Position numbers and translations under genes: made by a program | Shown here: positions 54,481 through 63,014 of the stretch, in pieces | Numbering within the stretch: position 1 is the first letter of the stretch | Layout: every line of letters starts with the position of its first letter | Origin: an archaeon | Lineage (GTDB): Archaea > Nanobdellota > Nanobdellia > Pacearchaeales > GW2011-AR1 | DNA: 64,000 nt | Assembly (NCBI GenBank): GCA_043810775.1 | Contig: JBDRNU010000007.1 | Coordinates: forward strand, 5,050-69,049 | Direction: 5' to 3' | The notes under the pieces: generated by a model | The model's input: only the letters and a program-made list of their open reading frames with translations | Told to the model about the DNA's origin: nothing | The model's database searches: none

Positions 54481-54586
54481 ACTTTATAATCACTTTAAGA
54501 CAGGGAAAAAGAGTGAAATTAGCGTATTTATTTTTTCTTAACGCAGTTTCCAATTTTATAATTTAAATAAATCAGTTTAAAATAAA

Positions 54587-55021
54587 ATGAAAATAGGAAT
54601 TCAAGCTAGAGAAATAATGAATGAAGATTTTCCAATAGTAGACTCATCGCTAACTTTGGATAAGTGTGTAAAAAGTTTAGGAAGGAATAATGAAGCCTGC
54701 ATAGTTGTAAAACAAGGGTATTTTCACAGCATTCTGGGCTATGATGACTTGCTTAGGGGATTTATGGAAAGAAAGGACAATTCAGCTAAAATCAGTGATA
54801 TAAGCATTGAAGAAAATTTTAGGGTAGTTGGCCCTGATAAAGATATAATTGAGATAATAGAGCTTATGAATTCAAACAATACAGAATTTATAGTTGTCAA
54901 GGACAGCAAAAAGATATTAGGCCTAATAACTAAAAAAGATATTATCGACATTGAACCTTTGTTATTTGATTCTATAAAGCTAAAGAGTCCCGAACAGCAG
55001 CTAATTACACTTTATCACTAA
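54587..55021 (+). CDS. CBS-domain pair protein
   Basis: 144 aa. Two CBS-like units (ARVIMNEDFPIV-type start, ILGLITKKDIIDI). Confidence 0.75.
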   Translation: MKIGIQAREIMNEDFPIVDSSLTLDKCVKSLGRNNEACIVVKQGYFHSILGYDDLLRGFMERKDNSAKISDISIEENFRVVGPDKDIIEIIELMNSNNTEFIVVKDSKKILGLITKKDIIDIEPLLFDSIKLKSPEQQLITLYH

Positions 55022-55102
55022 AATTGTATTTACTTTGAAATATATATTACTAAAATATAACATTTATAAACAGGTGCACCTTTACACATAAAAGAGGACA
55101 AA

Positions 55103-55666
55103 ATGGAAGCAAGAATCAAGGTTGGTGACGTAATGACCCGAAATTTTGTGTCTGTTGCTCCAGATGTAAATCTAACTGACTGCGCTAAAATTATGATAAA
55201 AAAACGCGTAGGAAGTTTAATTATCAAGGACAAGCAAAAGTTACTAGGAATTATAACTGAAAAAGATATTATCTGGGCCCTCACCAAGAAAAGTGAATCT
55301 GATTTAAGGAAAATTAAAGTAAAGGAAATTGCAGCTAGAAAAGTAGCTACTATAAAACCCTCAGCAGATATCTCTCAGGCAATTAACCGTATGAAAAAAC
55401 TAAAATTCAGAAGGCTTCCAGTAGTTGTAAATGGAAATGTTATAGGCATGCTGACTCTAAAAGATGTACTCAGAATCGAGCCTTCTTTATTTGATATAGC
55501 TTCTTACAACAATGATATAAAAGAAGAGGGTGAGAAATTAAGAAGAAAGGCTCAAGATGGAGGGCGCTGGATAAATGAAGGCATGTGCGAGGAATGCGGA
55601 AATTATAACCTTCTTTATAAAGTAGATGGAAGAGTAATATGCCCTGTCTGTAAAGATTCCATGTAA
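55103..55666 (+). CDS. CBS-domain pair protein with a C-terminal zinc ribbon
   Basis: 187 aa. VGDVMTRNFVSVAPD, LLGIITEKDIIWAL, RLPVVVNGNVIGMLTLKDVL. Zinc ribbon CEECGN...CPVC. Confidence 0.8.
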   Translation: MEARIKVGDVMTRNFVSVAPDVNLTDCAKIMIKKRVGSLIIKDKQKLLGIITEKDIIWALTKKSESDLRKIKVKEIAARKVATIKPSADISQAINRMKKLKFRRLPVVVNGNVIGMLTLKDVLRIEPSLFDIASYNNDIKEEGEKLRRKAQDGGRWINEGMCEECGNYNLLYKVDGRVICPVCKDSM

Positions 55667-55721
55667 AAAAAAGATTTAAATATACCCAATTCTAATAATT
55701 ATTAGTAAAAAAGAGAATAAA

Positions 55722-56222
55722 ATGTCAGAGAAAGATGTAATATTTACGGGAAAAGTTAAATCTTCAGCTATTTTTGATTATAAGGAAACTTACAAATTCG
55801 TATATAATGCCTTGCTTGACCTTAGTTATTTTGTAGAGGAAAAAACCTATACTGAGAAAATTACTTCAGCAGGAAAGGAAATAGAAATAGAGTGGTTTGC
55901 TAAAAGAAAGATTTCTGATTATTTTAGGTTTTTGCTTAAAGTTAAATGGAGAGTGATGGATTTAGTAGATGTTGAAGTAGAGGAAAACGGCAGGAAGAGA
56001 AAGATGAATAAAGGAAGTGTTGAAGTCAAGATAACTGCCACCCTTGAAAAAGACTATGAGCATAGGTGGGAAAATAATGCTTTTACCAAGTTTATGCGGG
56101 GATTATATGATAAGTATATTATAAGGTCAAGAGTGGATATGTATGAAGATAAGATTACAGAAGAAACTGAAGAGGTCCTAGCTCAAGTAAAATCCTGGCT
56201 TTCACTAGAAGGAATGAGATGA
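55722..56222 (+). CDS. Hypothetical protein
   Basis: 166 aa. No motif recognised. Confidence 0.5.
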   Translation: MSEKDVIFTGKVKSSAIFDYKETYKFVYNALLDLSYFVEEKTYTEKITSAGKEIEIEWFAKRKISDYFRFLLKVKWRVMDLVDVEVEENGRKRKMNKGSVEVKITATLEKDYEHRWENNAFTKFMRGLYDKYIIRSRVDMYEDKITEETEEVLAQVKSWLSLEGMR

Positions 56223-56267
56223 TCTTAAGGAAAGGTTTATATATTTCTTCCAATTTTAGGTAGCATA

Positions 56268-57659
56268 ATGATAAAAAAAGGTATTTTTTTCATAATATTC
56301 TTGTTCCTATTAATAATCCCAGTTTATGCTGATGTTATAAAACTTAATGTACAGACTGAAGTAGTAAATGATGTAATAATTTCTGAATTAAATGAGCCGG
56401 CAATATTCAATCTTAAAATAACTAATCTGGGGCCAACTGACAATTTTGAAATATATAATTTGTTAGGGATAAGCATGAGTCCAAAAGGCACTTTTAAAAT
56501 AGAATCAGGCCAGATTAAAGAAGTTGAAGTAAGAGCCTTGCTTCCTGAAAAATACAGGGCTCAGTCAGGGTTTTTTAATTTTGTGTATAAGATTAGAGGT
56601 CAGGATTCAGGAATCCAGGATGAGATTCTAACTGTAAATGTAGCTAAAATTCAAGATGCAGTTGAAGTCGGAGCTTATGATATTGACCCTGAGTCTGAAG
56701 CTGCTATAATTTATGTGATAAATAAAGTAAATCATGACTTTACTAATTTAAATTCTAATTTTAATTCAGCTTTTTTCACTTTTAGCGAGTCTTTCTCACT
56801 AGGCCCTCTAAGCCTTAAAGAATTTACAGCTCCTATAAATAAGGATCAAACTAGGACTCTTGAAGCTGGAAATTATATTGTTACTGCTGAAATTGAACTA
56901 GAGAATATTAAAAAAACTCTTGAAGGAAATATTAGGTTTGTTGAAAAAACAGGGATATCTACTTCTGAAAAAAAATCAGGCGTAATAATTTCTAGTCTAA
57001 TAATCACTAAAAATAATGAAGGAAATCTTCCAACAGTGGCTCAAGTTAGTGTAAGTAAAAATGCTATCTCAAGATTATTTACTAGTTTCAGTTTAGAGCC
57101 AGATTCAGTTGAGAGAACAGGTTTTATTATTGAGTATAAATGGCAGTCAGAGCTCCGGCCAGGGGAAAATATCCAAGTCAAAATTACTACTAACTGGACT
57201 TATCCTTTGCTGATATTATTGGGAATTATAATTATTGTATTTTTAGCTTATGTTTATACTAAATCTAACCTAGTTTTAAAGAAAAAAGTAAGCTTTGTCC
57301 ATACTAAATCTGGAGATTTAGCTCTAAAAATTATAATACATGCTAAAGCTAGGAAATTTGTTGAAAAAATATTAGTAGTTGACAAGCTTCCTCCTCTGGT
57401 TAAGCTTCATGAAAGATTTGGTAGCATAGAGCCTGATAAAGTTGATCATAAGAATAAAAGATTAGAATGGAATGTAGATGCCCTGCAGGCTGGAGAAGAG
57501 AGAATATTTACTTACATAGTTTATTCTAAAGTAGGGATAGTTGGAAAGTTTGAGTTGCCTCCAGCTAATGCTGTATTTGAGAGAGAAGGCAAGATTCACG
57601 AGACCGAATCTAATAAGGCATTTTTCGTAGCTGAACAAAGATCTATTAGGGAAGAGTAA
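56268..57659 (+). CDS. Surface protein with an N-terminal signal peptide, beta-rich ectodomain and a TM helix in the C-terminal third
   Basis: 463 aa. MIKKGIFFIIFLFLLIIPVYA signal. TM helix LLILLGIIIIVFLAYVY. Confidence 0.55.
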   Translation: MIKKGIFFIIFLFLLIIPVYADVIKLNVQTEVVNDVIISELNEPAIFNLKITNLGPTDNFEIYNLLGISMSPKGTFKIESGQIKEVEVRALLPEKYRAQSGFFNFVYKIRGQDSGIQDEILTVNVAKIQDAVEVGAYDIDPESEAAIIYVINKVNHDFTNLNSNFNSAFFTFSESFSLGPLSLKEFTAPINKDQTRTLEAGNYIVTAEIELENIKKTLEGNIRFVEKTGISTSEKKSGVIISSLIITKNNEGNLPTVAQVSVSKNAISRLFTSFSLEPDSVERTGFIIEYKWQSELRPGENIQVKITTNWTYPLLILLGIIIIVFLAYVYTKSNLVLKKKVSFVHTKSGDLALKIIIHAKARKFVEKILVVDKLPPLVKLHERFGSIEPDKVDHKNKRLEWNVDALQAGEERIFTYIVYSKVGIVGKFELPPANAVFEREGKIHETESNKAFFVAEQRSIREE

Positions 57660-57660
57660 A

Positions 57661-57668
57661 TTTAAAAA
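57661..57668 (+). promoter_or_regulatory. TATA-box-like TTTAAAAA upstream of tRNA-Tyr
   Basis: Centred about 27 nt upstream of the tRNA 5' end at 57692. Confidence 0.4.
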
Positions 57669-57691
57669 CACTCTCATATTCTAAATTCTAT

Positions 57692-57823
57692 CCCCCGGTG
57701 GCTCAATGGTAGAGCGTCTGGCTGTAGATTGCTAGGGTGGATTTTCCATTCAGGAAATAAAATGAAACCTGAGAAGCCTACGCTGAAACTAGAAGGTCGG
57801 GAGTTCGACTCTCCCCCGGGGGA
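57692..57823 (+). tRNA. tRNA-Tyr (anticodon GUA) with a 60-nt intron at the canonical 37/38 position
   Basis: CCCCCGG TG GCTC AATGGTA GAGC G TCTGG CTGTAG [60 nt] A CTAGA AGGTC GGGAG TTCGACT CTCCC CCGGGGG A. The C1:G72 pair is the archaeal/eukaryal tRNA-Tyr identity pair. No encoded CCA. Confidence 0.88.
57728..57787 (+). other. tRNA-Tyr intron (boundaries +/- 1-2 nt)
   Basis: ATTGCTAGGGTGGATTTTCCATTCAGGAAATAAAATGAAACCTGAGAAGCCTACGCTGAA. Intron CTAC pairs with anticodon-loop GTAG, as expected for a bulge-helix-bulge substrate. Confidence 0.7.
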
Positions 57824-57883
57824 TATATTTTTATATCTCCTCCTATTTCACTGAATATAAAAAAATCAGGGGAAAAAGGTAAT

Positions 57884-58279
57884 ATGGAAGCAACATTAAT
57901 TTTATATCTGGTAATCTTATTATGTTTTCTTTATTTATATTTTAAATCAGATATTATATCTTTTTTATTTAAGAAAAATTTTAAGTGCACTAATTGCACA
58001 CAGTGCTGTAAATTAAGAGTGAAGCTTAGTAAAAAAGATATTGAACGAATTAAAACCGAACTTGATTATATTGAAACTGATAAAGGTAAAAAATGGATAA
58101 AAAGAGTTAATAATTACTGCATATTTATGAATATAAAGCAAGGAAAATCTAGATGTTCAATTTATAAAAATCGCCCAGATATATGCAGAGTTTTCCCTGT
58201 AAGGAGAATTTTTGGCTTTAAAAGTTATGATCATAGATGTAAAGCTTTTAAATTCCCAAAAATCTTGTCTAAAAAATAA
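57884..58279 (+). CDS. YkgJ-family (CxxCxxCC) putative Fe-S/zinc-binding protein with an N-terminal TM helix
   Basis: 131 aa. FKCTNCTQCCKL..., YCIFMN..., RCSIYKNRPDICRVFP. Confidence 0.7.
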   Translation: MEATLILYLVILLCFLYLYFKSDIISFLFKKNFKCTNCTQCCKLRVKLSKKDIERIKTELDYIETDKGKKWIKRVNNYCIFMNIKQGKSRCSIYKNRPDICRVFPVRRIFGFKSYDHRCKAFKFPKILSKK

Positions 58280-58334
58280 GAAAGATATTTTTCTTATCAG
58301 AAAAGCTTAAATTTACTGCTTTCTAATATAACCA

Positions 58335-58700
58335 ATGCGGTATGATGATGACCAATCTTTATTTGAATTGCCTTATATAAAAAGGTTGGAGAAGTCAAGA
58401 GATTTTAAGAAGATTACATCTACAGGAAGAGTTATTGTGAGGTATACTGCTGAGTGGTGCAGGCCTTGTAAAAATTTTGAGAAAAGAATTCTGCCTAGAA
58501 AAGATATGTTAAGATTTCTTAAAGAAAAAGACATTACCTTATTATTTGTGGATGTAGATGATTTTAGAGAGTTAGCTGAAGAAGCAGGAGTAAGGAATTT
58601 ACCCCATGTTGAAGGATATCTAAATGGTAAAAAGGTGGGTTCAAGTTGGACGAATAATAATCCCAAGACTTTTTTTTATACGTTTTTTCAGGATGAGTAA
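58335..58700 (+). CDS. Thioredoxin-fold protein
   Basis: 121 aa. Active-site WCRPC (VIVRYTAEWCRPCKNF). Confidence 0.8.
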   Translation: MRYDDDQSLFELPYIKRLEKSRDFKKITSTGRVIVRYTAEWCRPCKNFEKRILPRKDMLRFLKEKDITLLFVDVDDFRELAEEAGVRNLPHVEGYLNGKKVGSSWTNNNPKTFFYTFFQDE

Positions 58701-58774
58701 TGGGTGGTTGGAATGTAGAGGATATTTTTTATCACCATTAACTTTAAAAGATTTGATTTTTTACAACTAATAAG

Positions 58775-58780
58775 GGAGGT
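58775..58780 (+). promoter_or_regulatory. Strong Shine-Dalgarno sequence GGAGGT
   Basis: TAAGGGAGGTATAAAATATG; 7-nt spacer to ATG 58788. Confidence 0.6.
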
Positions 58781-58787
58781 ATAAAAT

Positions 58788-59141
58788 ATGGTAAAAATTG
58801 CTGACGTGAAGAAACTTCAAGGCAGTGTAGAAGGCAGTATTGAAGCTGAAGTAATGGAAATTGGGGAAACTAGGGAATTCAACAAGTTTGGGAATATTAT
58901 TAAAGTAGCTAATGCAACTTTAAAAGATGACTCTGGCACAATTCAGTTAAGCTTATGGAATGATGAAATTAATAAAGTAAGCAAGGGTGATAAGGTAAAG
59001 GTAACTAATGGATATGTAAAGGAGTTTCAAGGAGACCCTCAACTTTCTGCTGGTAAATTTGGAAAATTAGAAGTTATAGGTGGAGATGGTGGGGAAGGTG
59101 AAGAAGAAAAAGAAGAAGTTGAAGAAGAAAAAGTAGAGTAA
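58788..59141 (+). CDS. Single OB-fold ssDNA-binding protein (RPA/SSB-like) with an acidic C-terminal tail
   Basis: 117 aa. OB-fold pattern VANATLKDDSGTIQLSLWNDEINKVSKGDKVKVTNGYVKEFQGDPQLS. Tail GGDGGEGEEEKEEVEEEKVE. Confidence 0.7.
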   Translation: MVKIADVKKLQGSVEGSIEAEVMEIGETREFNKFGNIIKVANATLKDDSGTIQLSLWNDEINKVSKGDKVKVTNGYVKEFQGDPQLSAGKFGKLEVIGGDGGEGEEEKEEVEEEKVE

Positions 59142-59222
59142 ATCTCTGTTTTTATAAATTTTTTATTATTTTTTTATTATTTGAAAGAATACTTTTAAAA
59201 ACTTCTAATTTCACTACTTCTA

Positions 59223-59684
59223 ATGGAAACAGAAGTAGAGGAAATATATTCTAAGCATGCCTATGAGGGCATATATGACTTAATAAGGCTTAAAGATTCA
59301 ATGGAATTCTGCAAGGAGATTGATGCAGAATTCAGTCAAGACCCTTTTCGTTGTAAACCTTTTATTCTAATGTTTATAGCTTATAGGGTAATTACAGATG
59401 ATACTCAATTTAACAAAGAAATAGAAGACAAAAAATTACACGAGCCACATTTTAGGGCAAAACTTGAACAAATTCAGCAGTATTTTAATTCAACTCTTCT
59501 GGAAGCTACAGTTTCCAAGTTATCTAAAACAGTTCCTACTAAAAGATATATTCTTCATAAAGATGATATTATATCTTCTCGTGAGGCAAATGCATTCTCA
59601 GCGCTCTCGCTTGACAGATTTAATGAATATCTTGATAGTTTCATTAGCGGAGAATTTGACAGGCGCGTTAGAGCTTCCAGTTAA
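59223..59684 (+). CDS. Hypothetical protein
   Basis: 153 aa. No motif recognised. Confidence 0.5.
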   Translation: METEVEEIYSKHAYEGIYDLIRLKDSMEFCKEIDAEFSQDPFRCKPFILMFIAYRVITDDTQFNKEIEDKKLHEPHFRAKLEQIQQYFNSTLLEATVSKLSKTVPTKRYILHKDDIISSREANAFSALSLDRFNEYLDSFISGEFDRRVRASS

Positions 59685-59962
59685 AACTCATCCTTAAGCC
59701 AGTGAGCTACTAGATAAATTACAATTAAACTTACTATAGTTATGAATACAGAGGTGACTATGCTGGCTGCTGAAGAATCCTCAATATGAGTTATAAATCT
59801 TACAAAACTAAGTGAAATATCAAATACTGTCTGCCTCCAGGTAAAAGCTATTGTAAATCCTAAAGTAATTACTATCAACAGTCTAATCTGATTTGCAAAC
59901 TCTCGCTTAAAATTTCTCTCAGTAAATAGCGAATGATTAATCTTCTTAAATTTCTCCCTCAT
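59681..59962 (-). CDS. Small membrane protein (two TM helices)
   Basis: 93 aa. Hydrophobic segments LLIVITLGFTIAFTW and IVTSVFITIVSLIVIYLVAHW. Confidence 0.5.
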   Translation of the reverse strand: MREKFKKINHSLFTERNFKREFANQIRLLIVITLGFTIAFTWRQTVFDISLSFVRFITHIEDSSAASIVTSVFITIVSLIVIYLVAHWLKDEF

Positions 59963-59964
59963 TT

Positions 59965-60162
59965 TTATTGATGTTTGTCAATTAAATCGCATAAATTCCT
60001 TATTAATAATTGTTTCCGAGTATTTAAAAAATGTTCCCTTCCTCTTTCAATTGTATGCTGTCTGCTTGTATTAAGAATTTCTTTTTGCCTCTGCCTCAAT
60101 TCATAAGCTTCACTAGCTAATTTAGCTTGTGTATAAGCAGTATAGCTAGCAGTTAGGCTCAT
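59965..60162 (-). CDS. Hypothetical small helical protein
   Basis: 65 aa. Lies 2 nt upstream of the 93-aa membrane protein gene. Confidence 0.4.
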   Translation of the reverse strand: MSLTASYTAYTQAKLASEAYELRQRQKEILNTSRQHTIERGREHFLNTRKQLLIRNLCDLIDKHQ

Positions 60163-60212
60163 ATCTATCTAAGTATAGTAATTTTTATAAATGCTCTGCT
60201 TTCACTGTTTAT

Positions 60213-61550
60213 ATGAGCAAGAAGAAAAGGCGTCAGGCAAAGCATCCTCATAAGAATAAATATGAAAAAGGCTCCAAAGCTCCTGCAACACCAGGAGAAA
60301 TAATCACTCCAAATTTTCAATCAAGCATATCTCCTGTAAGTATGTCATCTAATCCAAGAGTAGAAAGACCAGCTCCTCAACTAGAAGAAGAGTTTTACTT
60401 AAATGAAAACTACTATCCACCTGAATTTAAGTCAGCAGAAAGCCCAGATACTCAGGTCTGGATAAAAGTCGGGAAAATCATACGTCCCACTAGAGACCAT
60501 TATCCTTTTTATATTTTAGAGGATCAAGAGCAAACAATAGACACTCTACCTTGGGGGCAGGTAAGAAAAGCATTAAAAGATTATGATAAGCGCAAGCTTC
60601 CAACAAAAATTAATAAGCATTCACTTGAAGCTTCTGTAATGATGTCAGAAAATCAGTTTAGAGAATCAAGAGGAATAAAAAGAAAAGGAGAATCTTCTTA
60701 TTTTCATGAACAGGCAAGATTTGGGCAAGTTGCCAGACAAGAGCCTTCAAGGCAATTTCAGCCGGAAATTACTTACAAAGGCAGGGCAACTCAAACACTA
60801 ATTGATCACTGCAGAAATAATGATTTAGATTATGATTTACATGGTGACGAGCTTGTTGTAACTTCATCTAAAGAAGAGTGGGAAGAGTCTTTAAGAAATA
60901 TTCCAAGAAGTAACAGCCAAGAAGATTTAGACCCAGACGAGATAATTGAAACCTCATTTTATGTTACTAGGTTAAGTATAAATGCTGGAATAAATTCCAG
61001 AAATCTTACTCCAAGCCAATCAGAACTGCCTAGAATTTTAGGTACAAGCGGGCTTAACTGGAAATATAACTATCCTAGGCAAGAGAGATCAACTACTTAT
61101 TCCCTATCAAGTGAAAATCCTCAAGTAGAAGTTAGTGTTTTTGGACCGCGCTCACTTATGAATAAATTTCTATCTAATCCTTATGTAAAGAGAGTAATTG
61201 AAGGCGAAAAAGAAGAAGAGACAGGTATGCAAGAAGCCGAGACAGGTATGCAAGAAGCCTCATTTGAAGTAAGGCTTGAAACTCCAGGAGTGTACAGTAA
61301 AGATTATTTAACTGGTTTCAGTTATGGCTTAGTTAATGAAATTGAATCACAGGGATTAAAGCCAGTTATAGAGCCGCATCCAGATGGAGATGATTCTAGA
61401 GCACTGGCAACTGTTCACGCGCCTAAATCAAAAATTGAGAGTTTACTAGAAATGGGAATGATGAGGGAAAGGCAGTATGTTCGAGATGATAAAAATCCAG
61501 ACGAATCTTTTGATGTAAGCAGTTATCTTAAGAAAATATTTGGTGATTAG
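60213..61550 (+). CDS. Hypothetical protein containing a perfect 7-aa tandem duplication
   Basis: 445 aa. ETGMQEA ETGMQEA is encoded by the 21-bp tandem repeat at 61218-61259. Confidence 0.55.
   Translation: MSKKKRRQAKHPHKNKYEKGSKAPATPGEIITPNFQSSISPVSMSSNPRVERPAPQLEEEFYLNENYYPPEFKSAESPDTQVWIKVGKIIRPTRDHYPFYILEDQEQTIDTLPWGQVRKALKDYDKRKLPTKINKHSLEASVMMSENQFRESRGIKRKGESSYFHEQARFGQVARQEPSRQFQPEITYKGRATQTLIDHCRNNDLDYDLHGDELVVTSSKEEWEESLRNIPRSNSQEDLDPDEIIETSFYVTRLSINAGINSRNLTPSQSELPRILGTSGLNWKYNYPRQERSTTYSLSSENPQVEVSVFGPRSLMNKFLSNPYVKRVIEGEKEEETGMQEAETGMQEASFEVRLETPGVYSKDYLTGFSYGLVNEIESQGLKPVIEPHPDGDDSRALATVHAPKSKIESLLEMGMMRERQYVRDDKNPDESFDVSSYLKKIFGD
61218..61259 (+). repeat. Perfect 2 x 21-bp in-frame tandem duplication GAGACAGGTATGCAAGAAGCC
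   Basis: 61218-61238 and 61239-61259 are identical. Confidence 0.9.
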
Positions 61551-61552
61551 CT

Positions 61553-62476
61553 TTAAACTGCCATCTGTACTATATTATTGCTCTCATCAAGCTCATTGAT
61601 GAGATTATCATCATCTAAGATAAAGCTAACTGAGTTGCTTGTAAAAGGCAGCTTGAAATTTTCAACTTTTAGAACTTTGCCAGCTCCAAAATCAATTTTT
61701 TCCAGCTCAAAGCTGTCAATCTCCTTTCCATCAGAAAATATTTGTAAGACTACATTGTCAGCGTCCATTAATCCCTGATTCTTGACTTCCACCTCAAAAT
61801 TAAGCAGTCTGCCCCTTTTTTCAGCTTCAATACTTGAGAAATAAATGTCAGGAAGTTCAGAAATAGAATAAAGCCTGTCAAGCTCATTTAAAATATCTTG
61901 TGTCACTTCTTGATCGCAGGAGCTTGTATTATACATTATGCTTCTCGAGTTACTTGAATGCTCAAAGCCGAAAACATGCAGAAGTTCATGCAGCTCAACA
62001 TTATACTCGCAGGATTCTTTGTAAAGGACAATTTTCCCTTTAGTTATAACATTAAATAAGCTAGTATTTACTATTTTCACTGGTCCCCCTTCTCCAGCTA
62101 CAAATACATCCTCCCCAGTTAAATACTCCTGACCGCAGTAAACATCAATATCTCCAGCATCACTCACTTCCTTAAAGTTGATTGAGTCAATATTATTTTC
62201 AATAAAATCAAATGCAGAGTGAATATTGTCTAATTTTCTAGAACTGCACCCATTATGGATAAGATAAGTTATAGGCATGTGATTAAATCTCATATTAGTG
62301 TAAAATTGCAAGTTTGACTGGTAGCTTATTTCATCTATATTTGCAGAAGGAGTATAATTAGTGGCAAATTCAATAGGAGTTGCAAACTTAATTGATAGTG
62401 CATCATAAAGTAAAAAAGAAGTTACAGCAAGTAATCCAAGCAATATTATAAGAGACACCACTTTTCCAATTTTCAT
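61553..62476 (-). CDS. Secreted/anchored metzincin-type zinc metalloprotease with a C-terminal CARDB-like beta-sandwich domain
   Basis: 307 aa. N-terminal hydrophobic anchor. HELLHVFGFEH (HExxHxxGxxH). C-terminal VEVKNQGLMDADNVVLQIF...ESNNIV. Confidence 0.75.
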   Translation of the reverse strand: MKIGKVVSLIILLGLLAVTSFLLYDALSIKFATPIEFATNYTPSANIDEISYQSNLQFYTNMRFNHMPITYLIHNGCSSRKLDNIHSAFDFIENNIDSINFKEVSDAGDIDVYCGQEYLTGEDVFVAGEGGPVKIVNTSLFNVITKGKIVLYKESCEYNVELHELLHVFGFEHSSNSRSIMYNTSSCDQEVTQDILNELDRLYSISELPDIYFSSIEAEKRGRLLNFEVEVKNQGLMDADNVVLQIFSDGKEIDSFELEKIDFGAGKVLKVENFKLPFTSNSVSFILDDDNLINELDESNNIVQMAV

Positions 62477-62507
62477 ACTATTGGGGGTGGATGTATGTAT
62501 TTAAATT

Positions 62508-63002
62508 TTAACTTCTTTTAGGATCTAAATTTGATTTAGCTAGGCTTAGATATTGGCGAGCTATTGGATATTCAGGTTTTAATTTAAGTGCTTCTTCTAG
62601 GCATTCAATAGCTTCACTATATTTCCTTTGAGAAATATAAGTTGAGCCCTTATTAGTCAGTGCAAGATGTTTTACTTTTTCTCCAATTTTATATGCTTTA
62701 TCAAAATAATCAATTGCCTCATGAAGTCTTTCTAAAGCACAAAGAGCCAGGTTGTAATTATTCAGGCAAGATGAAATCATCTCTCTTTCTTTTATATCAC
62801 CTCGTTCAGCCAGCTCTAAAAGAAAAGAAGAAATTTTCATTGAAGCAGTCGGCCTTCTATTTAAGAGATTATTACTATAGTTAAATAATTCTAATAAGGT
62901 CCTTTCTTTCCCGCCAAATTCATAAGTTTTCTTAAAAAGTGAGCCATCCTTTAATCTTACTCCTTCAGTTCTAGTTTGAATTTCCATTGTAAAATAAATC
63001 AT
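62508..63002 (-). CDS. TPR-repeat protein
   Basis: 164 aa. AIDYFDKAYKIGEK..., YSEAIECLEEALKLKPEYPIA. Confidence 0.6.
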   Translation of the reverse strand: MIYFTMEIQTRTEGVRLKDGSLFKKTYEFGGKERTLLELFNYSNNLLNRRPTASMKISSFLLELAERGDIKEREMISSCLNNYNLALCALERLHEAIDYFDKAYKIGEKVKHLALTNKGSTYISQRKYSEAIECLEEALKLKPEYPIARQYLSLAKSNLDPKRS

Positions 63003-63014
63003 AATTACTAATTT

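Noticed and set aside
55030-55287. 85-aa minus-strand ORF
   Set aside because: It overlaps the start of the well-supported CBS/zinc-ribbon gene on the opposite strand and has no motifs.
57728-57787. Confident box C/D sRNA inside the tRNA-Tyr intron
   Set aside because: Two CUGA motifs exist, but I could not find a convincing RUGAUGA C box or terminal stem. It is reported only as a hypothesis to test.
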